Assembly: GCA_900617105.1 (NCBI GenBank)
Contig: UYFQ01000208.1
Coordinates: forward strand, 1-35,007
Direction of reading: 5' to 3'
Length of the DNA: 35,007 nt
From: Hydrurus foetidus
Taxonomy: Eukaryota
This document shows positions 23,001 to 31,644 of the stretch, piece after piece. The stretch's first letter is position 1. The number at the start of each line of letters is the position of its first letter. Below the pieces are notes generated by a model. That model saw only the letters and a list, made by a program, of their open reading frames with translations, did no database searches and was not told the DNA's origin. Made by a program: the position numbers and the translations under genes.

Positions 23001-23045
23001 AGAGGGACCAGTTGCCATCAGTGGGAAGCTGTTGCCGAATATTGG
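17066..23045 (-). CDS. Predicted single-pass receptor: Cys-rich + Gly-rich ectodomain, PT stalk, TM, 2 SAM-like repeats, TIR domain (16 exons, about 1,308 aa; 5' end unresolved)
   Basis: Hand-built exon chain, all GT-AG and phase-consistent without internal stops: 23045-22565, 22410-22360, 22283-22173, 22089-22030, 21942-21877, 21768-21693, 21585-21481, 21406-21396, 21269-21220, 20976-20874, 20753-20400, 20149-20039, 19885-18122, 17989-17854, 17680-17363, 17195-17066 (stop TAG). Confidence 0.8.
17100..17905 (-). other. TIR (TIR_2-like) domain spread over three exons
   Basis: Spliced sequence NCYLSHDWSVDELQR|SNQEQILLIEEELRGRGLTTCVD...MNRNIDECDSILIFVTSKFMSKV...VCKLEYDYA...KLVIVILEERMRNISQWKGALR|RCIGEDTKVIDL...FNMRMDELTHAI follows the TIR betaA-alphaE pattern. 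Confidence 0.85.
18795..19450 (-). other. Two internal ~78-aa repeats, SAM-like (19215-19450 and 18795-19029)
   Basis: SEHEDDVQGMQNFFRRAGLS...DANTPRKLFKY.....GFSLIELGMDRIDAELVL vs SEHQDDVLDMQEFFRFAGLS...DANSPRKLFKY.....GFQLTDLGMDEVDADMVL. The repeat is seen directly; the SAM call is inferred from the F..AGL and L..LGM..D...VL pattern. Confidence 0.6.
20497..20568 (-). other. Predicted transmembrane helix MAIIIFSSVGAAVLCLFVVFTCYF, preceded by a PT-repeat stalk
   Basis: 24 uncharged, mostly hydrophobic residues following (P-T/S-x-x)n repeats PTSHPSSRPTGQPTSQPTSRPT. Confidence 0.85.
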
Positions 23046-23119
23046 CTAGTCATATAGCACTCACAATTACTGTCCAAAGCATTTAATTCGTGACTTGGAG
23101 AATACCAGGAGCTTGCGGA

Positions 23120-23442
23120 TGTTGGAGATATCATAGTTAATGACACGAACACAATCTGTGTACTTATGCATTCGTACGGACGTACGGATTATTGTGTATG
23201 TGTGTGGCACGTGAATGAGATGTTTGGACCCGTGCATTTGTTTTGTACTTCAAGTGTAGTGTAGGAATATATTGTTGTTGCGTTGAAAGGGACTCGGGGA
23301 CTTCAGCAGGGATGAAGCACAGTCAAATTAACAAGCGATTACTGACTACGGTTGTCTTATTTCGTGAGCCTTGGCCTTGATCTCTTTCGGCGCTGTACTA
23401 CCTCGTTCGTACGCGACCTAGGATCTCAAAGATATTCCAACA
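23120..23442 (+). repeat. 5' LTR of Copia element
   Basis: Three differences from the 3' LTR found by eye. Confidence 0.97.
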
Positions 23443-23468
23443 TAATTTGACTGCACCGGCATTCTTCA

Positions 23469-26400
23469 ATGCCTCCCAAACGCGCCGTCGAAGCTTCGAA
23501 GAGTACAGAGGAGTGTACGCTTCAGTACGGCAAAAACAGCAACATAATAAAATGGAGGGAACATATGCAGACGATTGCCACCGAACTGTACGGGATCGTC
23601 GGCATGTTCTTTACCACCAACGAGAGATACAAGCAACTGAGACTTCATCCTCGGAGAGCTCGAGCTCGGAGTCAGAAGACGAAGTTCTGGACCCCGAACA
23701 ACCGGTCGTAAGTGCAGAACGACTCGCACTGAACGCTCGTGAAAAGCAGGCGCGCAGTGCGGCGAGAGCGGTTAGAAACGAAAGAAGGAGAAAAGCATCT
23801 GAAAGATCGAGGGCGAAATTCAGGGAAGAAGATTACATCCAAAGGAAGCGCGACCTCAAATCACAGAAAGAGAACGAACGTACGATGTACCCGATGATGT
23901 GGAAGCGTATGTCCGTCGCATCACAGACCAGGGTACGAGAGGAACCGAATTTTCGAGAAGCGTACATGACGCTCGACTCTATCATGCTATGGACGATGAT
24001 CAGGAAGACCCACCTCACCCACCTGCATGGTAGTGATGATTCGACAATGGAGATCAATCAACACCAACAGGAGAGTAAGTACGGATCAATGAGACAAGGT
24101 GAGAGAATTCATTGTTACATTCAAGAACAGATTCGACGAACAGGTCGAAGCGAACCACGCTGTAGGAGTGCCGGAGGTGTCCGAGTCGAAGAGAGCACTC
24201 GACTTCCTCGGGAAACTGGATCCTAAGCGATACAAAAAGATGCACGACAGCATGAAGAACGACGCACTCCGCCGCAAACCGGAGGCGTTCCCCAAGACCC
24301 TAGCCGAGGCCTTCCACATCGCATCGGGCTGGCATGACGATGACTCTCCACTCACACCCACTCCTGGTGCACCGAACGCCGCGTACGTTACAGACAGCGC
24401 GCACGTCACCGCAGCCAAGGATCCTGCTGAGAAGAAGGCAGGGAAGACCGGGGGGGCCAAGAAGAAGTCTCTAGCTGATGTGGAATGTTACCTGTGCGAG
24501 GAGAAGGGACACTACGTGAGAGACTGTCCGAAACGTAAATCGTCATTGGGAAAAGTCCACGTATCGATTGAAGAGCCAGAAGGTGACGACGGAAGCGAAC
24601 GTGATGAGTGGGGTGTCGCTTTGGTTACGTCGGTGGAGAGGTGTTGCTTCTCGAGATACGACGTCTTACTCGACAATGAGGCGTCATTAAACATATTTAA
24701 CAACGCCGAGTTACTCACCGGCCTGAGGAAAGCGAGCAAATCGATCAAGGTATCTGGGATTCAGGAAGGAGTCGGCGTGTCCGTCGATCGTGAAGGAGAT
24801 TTTGGCGAATTCGGGACGGTGTTTTACAGTGGATCGGCTTCTGCGAACATTCTATCGTTCGCGTCGCAAGTCGACGCTGGGGCAACAGTTAGATACGACC
24901 ACGAGGAAGACTGCTTCACTCTGCAGCCGAAGGGCAGCGAAGGACTTACCGTTTCGGTCGGAAACATATCGAGGGAAGCGAAGGGCGGTTTTACTCATGC
25001 GATTGGCGTGATGTCGATGCGGAAGTGACTCTAGTCACGACTGTAGTTGAGAATACAGCAGCATTCAGCAAACGGGAAGTAGAGCGAGCCCGCAGAGCGC
25101 GTGAGCTACTGGCGAGGATGGGCTTCCCGACCATAGAGCAAGCAACGTCGATCGTGAATGCGGGGAGCAATTTCGAAGTCGCAAATCGCTGATGCTATCT
25201 GGGGGAACGATGTCGCTTCCCTAAAAGGGAAAACATGCAAACGTGCTACTGCTATCACTGATGTTGTTGTCAGCACAAAAATCGTACAAAGAGATCAGGT
25301 GCTGTCGATCGATATTATGTTTATTGAAAAGTTGGCTATACTAATCGGTGTGGCTACGCCACTGGGTCTAACAATTGCATACAGCCTCAATAACATAGCG
25401 TCAAAGAAGTCTTCTAGGGCAGCAGCGGAGGTGAGGAAGGGCATAACGTATTTCCTCGCCGTTCTATCGTCTCAAAACTTCCGAACGTCGGTGATCATGA
25501 GCAATGGAGAGGGAGCAGTGACTAGCCTCGTCGACGAGCTGGGAAAGCTCGGGGTCGAAGTTGACATCAGCGGTGCCGGAGGACATGTTGCTAGGATCGA
25601 ACGCAGAATTCGAGTAATTAAGGAGAGAGTACGGGCGCATGTTGCGTACCACCTACCTTTCACCTTATCTACCGTGGGTATCACCATGTGCGTACTGTAC
25701 GTTATATCTAGGCTGAACTATGAACCGTGCGGTTCGGGACCCAGCCCACGCGAGACATTTATAGGAAGGAAACCAGATGGTAAGCGAGATTTCAGATGTT
25801 CATTTGGTGACTACGCGCAATGTACTGTTCCAAACACAGATAATACGATGAAAGCGAGAACTGAGGATTGCGTGGTGATGCTCCCGCTGGGGAACCGAAC
25901 CGGGTCTGTCAGGATGCTGTCATTGAGCACGGGTCGACTGGTAAATAGAGATCAATTCCGCATACTTCCCATGCCAGATTCAGTGATTAAGCGACTGAAT
26001 GAGATGGCGCTCGAGGACGGCAGAGCGAAAGGGAAGGGTGAGCTAGATGGACGCGTGACGTCATACGACCAAGACAGCGACGCTAAGAAGGGATTGCCCG
26101 ATACAATTGAGATCGTGGTGAATGATGGGATAGACCCGGCGGTAGCTGTGCTAGACGGTGATGAGTCTGCAGACGCGATCGACGATATACCAGACGTTAA
26201 TGAGCACCAAGAAAACAGTGCAACAGACATGACATATGACCTGAATCATCCGACATATGCTGATGACACTATCGCACCACTACGACTTCCAGCAAAGCCA
26301 AAGCCAGTCGAGATGGATGATCTCATTGACAGCCTTAAGAGTCTCGAGGTCGGGCCTTATGTGCGCACGGAAGACAGTTACGAGATGTTCGACGAACAGG

Positions 26401-28256
26401 GTGTTCCGATCGACTACACTTCGGGGAGCAGTGCACACACTGGGAGTGATGAGACAGTAGGGGTGCAGGGGAGCACCGAGAGAGATATGCTTGAGAAGCG
26501 CATGATGGCGAGGCCGGGGCAGGACGTCCGCATGAGGCGTGAAGATTTCATGACTTATTTCCGCGGGGGGAATGGGGGGCTGGCACTGCTCACGAGAGAT
26601 TACTCAGGGGATGGGAAGGACTGGGGTGAGCATGTTTTTAATATATCTGTCAACGAAGCATTGCGAACGAGAGGTGATGCCGCAGTGAGCGTGATCGAGA
26701 AGGAGCTCAGACAAATGATCAACAAGAAGGTGTGGGCACCGGTTGATCTGAGACAGCTGTCTCGCGAGGAGAAGCATAGGATCATCCGTTCAAGCATGTT
26801 CCTGAAGGAGAAATTCCTCGCAAGCGGTGATTTTGAGAAATTAAAGGCAAGACTGGTTGCTGGAGGAAACCAGCAGGATAGGGATCTATACGACGACCTG
26901 TCGGCGCCAACAGTTGGGACTAGTTCGGTGTTTACACTGTTGAGCATTGCAGCCCATGAGAGACGATGCATCACTGTAGTCGACATTAGCGGAGCATTTC
27001 TCAATGCCGACATGACGACGGGACTGACAGTGCACATGCGACTGGACAGGAATATGACCGACATAATGATCAAACTAGCACCAGAGTATAGGAACTATGT
27101 GGACATTAAGGGGTGTGTCGTTGTGCGGCTGGATAAGGCGTTGTATGGGTGTGTGGAGTCAGCGGCTCTATGGTATGAGAATTTCAGGGACAGTCTGTCC
27201 GAGCTGGGGTATCTGGCTAACGCGCATGACATATGCGTATTCAACAAACGAAATGAATACGGGGTGCAATGCACTGTGGCAGTGCACGTCGACGATCTAA
27301 TGATCATGAGCACAGACGAAGGAATGATCGAGGCATTTGTTACCGGGTTGATCAAAAGGTATGGTGATATCACAAGAAAGAATGGACCTGTGGTTAACTA
27401 CCTAGGCATGGTTTTCGACTTATCTACTGTAGGTACAGCCAAGGTGTCGATGTGCGGGTACGTAGAAGACATGCTCAAGGAGAGTGGAACGGTCGGAGGG
27501 GCGAGGACACCCGCCACAGAAGGGCTCTTCGATGTGAGGGAGTGTGCTGGGATGGCGACTGAGGAACAGCGGGTGAGGTTCCACCGACTGGTTGCGAAGC
27601 TGCTGTACCTGGCGAAACGTGCGAGGCCTGACTGCCTTACAGCTGTGGCGTTCCTCGCGACCAGGGTGACCAAGTGCAGCACCGATGATCTGGTGAAGCT
27701 AGAGCGGCTACTCAAGTATGTGTGCTGCACTCGAGATAGGGGCATCGTATTTACACCTGGGGACAAGGGGATCGTGATCAGTGTGCTCATCGATGCGGCA
27801 TACGGGGTGCACCCCGATGGGAAGTCGCACACGGGGAGCTGCGTTGTGATCGGAGAGAGGGGTGCGGTGCATTGCAAGTCGGCGAAGCAGCAGATCGTGA
27901 CGAAGTCGAGCACTGAGGCGGAGTTGGTGGCTCTATCTGACTCTTCTAACCAAGCTTTATACCTAAGAAACTTTATCATAGGTCAGGGACACTTATGTGG
28001 GCCGGTCACTGTGTATCAAGACAACATGTCATGCATGTCCCTTATCGAGAGAGGACGGTCAGCGGCAGAGAGGACGAGGCACATAGCGATCAAGTATTTC
28101 TGGCTCAAGGAGCGAGTTGACCAAGGCGAAGCGAGAGTGCGCCACCTGGGGACCAAGGACATGTACGCCAACCTCCTGACCAAGCCGTTGCAGGGGATTC
28201 AATTCAGATCGGAGAGACTAGGGATTACCGGATGGGAAGACGACACTTTAGTTTAG
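23469..28256 (+). pseudogene. Copia gag-pol polyprotein, broken into several ORFs by frameshifts
   Basis: CCHC knuckle CYLCEEKGHYVRDC; protease LLDNEAS; integrase IDIMF...SNGE...ERRIRVIKE; RT KARLVAGG, DISGAFL, LYG, HVDDL; RNase H IDAAY, STEAE, QDN, RHI. Frame changes occur near 23640, 24100 and 24940-25190. Confidence 0.9.
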
Positions 28257-28325
28257 ACTTTTATTTTTACGACGACTTATGTTTGATGTGTGAATGAGTA
28301 TCGATTGTGATGTGGCATAGGGGTG

Positions 28326-28648
28326 TGTTGGAGATATCATAGTTTATGACACGAACACAATCTGTGTACTTATGCATTCGTACGGACGTACGGATTATTG
28401 TGTGTGTGTGTGGCACGTGAATGAGATGTATGGACCCGTGCATTTGTTTTGTACTTCAAGTGTAGTGTAGGAATATATTGTTGTTGCGTTGAAAGGGACT
28501 CGGGGACTTCAGCAGGGATGAAGCACAGTCAAATTAACAAGCGATTACTGACTACGGTTGTCTTATTTCGTGAGCCTTGGCCTTGATCTCTTTCGGCGCT
28601 GTACTACCTCGTTCGTACGCGACCTAGGATCTCAAAGATATTCCAACA
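28326..28648 (+). repeat. 3' LTR of Copia element
   Basis: Matches 23120-23442. Confidence 0.97.
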
Positions 28649-29484
28649 GCGGATGGTAGTATAGGTTCTCTGGACCGGAACGACAAGCAACCGGTTTATT
28701 CCCATTTAGTCTATCATTCCCATTCCCATATCCACATCACTCATTTTGAGAGACGCAAGTCTCGTTGCATTGCTACCGTAGATATATCTAGCCCATCTTT
28801 TCAAACCTGCGGTCATGACGTGATCGCAGCATTCGATGTACTGCACCTGCTTGCTCATCATCGCGGTAGCGTAGCTTTTTCTTTACGACTCAGGACTAAG
28901 AGAGTGAACCTTCGCGATATGGGAAGGAATCTGAAACTGGGTTTGGATTTCGAAAATACCGACGACGCAAAAGAATTCGCTCTATCTCTGTCTCGAGTAA
29001 TGGACAGGGTGTCGAGTCAAATAGCGAATTGTATCTTTGGTGTCGGAGGTGCTCGCATTGGCTATCGGGACTGTTGGCAGGAATCGCATAGAACGACATA
29101 GTTCAGTAGGCCAAATTCAGTGAAGTAGTCTTAGAGATAACTTGGAAAATCCTTAAAAGTGGAATGAATCAGTTAGAGATCTCATCTGGACATCGAAACT
29201 GATTAATCGACGCGATCGCCAGTAGTCAGTTGATATCAGCGAGCACTGCAGCGGAATCACAGTCGTTAGGATACCAGCACTGGCCAATCGATGAAAAATC
29301 ATCAGAATCGCAATCCTGCAAGGGGCTCTCCTCCCACTCTGCATTTTACGGAGGCGTACGGTACTGCCACCTGTTTTTTAAAAGTGTCTTGTAGACCAAC
29401 CTATTGTGGTCTTCTTGGCGAGCGATCACACGCAGGTGGGGTGGTCATGCGGAAACTGATTTGATGCTATTGCTGTAAGTAATA

Positions 29485-29566
29485 AGCATTGGTGCGGGAT
29501 CGATCCCGCGACTTCTATTAGACTCGTTTTGCAGCCGGAGCGCTCCACCACTGGGTCGAACACCCC
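29485..29566 (-). other. tRNA-derived sequence (pseudo-tRNA or SINE head; Cys GCA-like anticodon loop)
   Basis: Minus strand GGGGTGTTCGACCCAGTGGTGGAGCGCTCCGGCTGCAAAACGAG...GTCGCGGGATCGATCCCGCACC has an A-box-like CCCAGTGG, a B-box-like GGATCGATCCC with T-stem and a CTGCAAA loop; the acceptor stem does not pair. Confidence 0.55.
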
Positions 29567-30720
29567 GATGAGAAACATGAAAGGAAATGAAGATTTGCTC
29601 TGATCATTTAGAACGTACAAAGTATGAAAGTGCAGAGGAAAGAGACGATAGAGAAATTATTCAAATCAGCTTGCTAATCAGACACTGTGTGTCAACAATT
29701 GCTCCTGACTAAATCGAGGAAGAAAAGAAATTAAAGAATGAAAAATCAATAAAATGATAATGAATAAATGTAAGCAATTAAATCGAGAGTCAAGCAAGAT
29801 ACTGTAGGGTAATAAGTGAATACTGAATTATGGAATACAGAGAGATAAAAATTACTCCCCTGTTTCTCCTACACTAGGTGGAAAGTAATATATCTTTGTA
29901 AGAAAAAAAGGAAGAAGTAAATTGATTTGGAATGCGTAAAATCGTATGTTTTTCTGTACCCGATACGAAATGTATGGTAATATTCCGTATTCCCCCGACC
30001 CTATCATTTTAGAATTCCCTAGGAGTGCATAAAAACATCATTAAGTACCCAATCAGACTGCGATTGTCAATAACTGCTCCAAATTGAATTAAGAAATAAA
30101 AATTAAAAAATAAAATAAAAAATAATAAAATAATGAAAAATAAAACCGTATGAACAAACAAATGTGAGCAGGTCATGGGGAATCGACCAAGATGCAAGAG
30201 AGGTGATCAATGAATGAAGAGAGTAATGAAACAGAGTTTATAAGGAAACGGGATCGATTCTGACGTACAAATCGGTGATCATACATTAAGCTCAGCGAAT
30301 TACGAGGCATAGTGAGTTACTTCAGGGCGCGAAAAGGTGTTGGGGGTGTTTTCGCCTGGGCGTGTTGCGGATCGGAATTTGAAGTACCAAAGTGGCACTG
30401 TCTACGGAGGCACTCAGCATTCTTGACACCGTCAAGGACAGTACTTGCACTGCATCGCCACCCATTAGAGAATGCTGTTTGCGCTATCAATCACGGCGAA
30501 TTGGAAGTTCCTAACATAAATACCGTGACTAATGTGCAGGGGCCGCAAGACGGGTCAACCTCACATGTGTCACACCATAGTGCTCCACACACTCCACGTT
30601 GGGTGACCATCGCATGACTCTCACGATAGTCGAATGGTGCAGTGGGACTGTCAGACCACTTGATTCTATCAATATATGTCTGTAGTAATATAGTTGCAAA
30701 TATAGTTTCAAATATATGTA

Positions 30721-31221
30721 CGTTATGCGACACGTACGTACGTAAGTACACATGCAGATATGATAACATACACACGTATACACGTACTTACACATGTTAG
30801 TGCATACTCATTTATGCATACGTACACACATGTACTTACACATGTACGAACATAGTCAATATGTACGTACGTACGTACGCACGCATATAGCATAGCGTAC
30901 ACTTGTATGGTCACGCACACACGTACATACGTACGTGCACATGTTAGTACAAATTATTATATGCATACGTACACACACGTACTTACACATGTATGTACAT
31001 ATATAATATGTACGTATGTACGATCGCCAATAGCGTAGTACATAGATGTATAGGCGTACATACGTAAGTACCACTGTACTTACGCATGTACGTTCTTATA
31101 CATACACATGCATACGTACTCCTATAATATCGCCATATAGCAGTTAGTACTCACGCATGTACGTTCATATACATATACACGCATACGTACCCCTGTACTA
31201 TCGCCATGTATCAGTTAGTAC
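30721..31221. repeat. Alternating purine-pyrimidine (ACGT/ACAT/ACAC) low-complexity tract with a ~70-bp tandem duplication (31076-31221)
   Basis: Seen directly; lies within the candidate LTR. Confidence 0.85.
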
Positions 31222-31644
31222 GAACCCTCTGACCTCACGCAAATGAACGTTCGCCTTTCATGATTCTTCAGTATCGCCAAAACACTTCGTTACTATAAGC
31301 ATTCATGCAACGTTCCTCAAGCACATGCTATGAACAACACATCTCGCTGTGAACTTTGTCTCAAGGTAGTTTCACTGTCATGAACTGTTCTGATAGCTCT
31401 TTTGCGTGGCTATCTGTAAACTCTAATCAGAATTTAATACGTTGTACTTCACAGCTTCGTCTACTCGATAGCTCACTGAATTGAGACAGTAGCCTGCAGC
31501 TGCTTCTCCACCTTCGCTGCGAACGCTAGAAGGTGACATCTTGTATTTAGTCTTACATGGTAGCGATTGTTTATAGTGATTAAACGATTGCCGTGGATTC
31601 CAGGATTCTGAATTTCCTTCCTCAACTTTCAGAACCCTGCAATC

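Larger units (their letters stand above)
23120..28648 (+). mobile_element. Full-length Ty1/Copia LTR retrotransposon (5,529 bp), young but frameshifted
   Basis: 323-bp LTRs TGTTGGA...TCCAACA; 5-bp TSD gcgga (23115-23119, 28649-28653); domain order gag-PR-IN-RT-RH; short PPT-like ataggggtg before the 3' LTR. Confidence 0.97.

Noticed and set aside
29485..29566. Functional tRNA-Cys gene
   Set aside because: The acceptor stem cannot pair, the T-loop is one base short and the anticodon stem is imperfect.
30312..30617. GH18 chitinase-like motif GGVFAWA
   Set aside because: Only a few residues match and no other GH18 motif such as DxDxE is nearby.
30491..31074. Y/V/C/T-rich minus-strand ORFs
   Set aside because: Translations of the ACGT/ACAT low-complexity tract.
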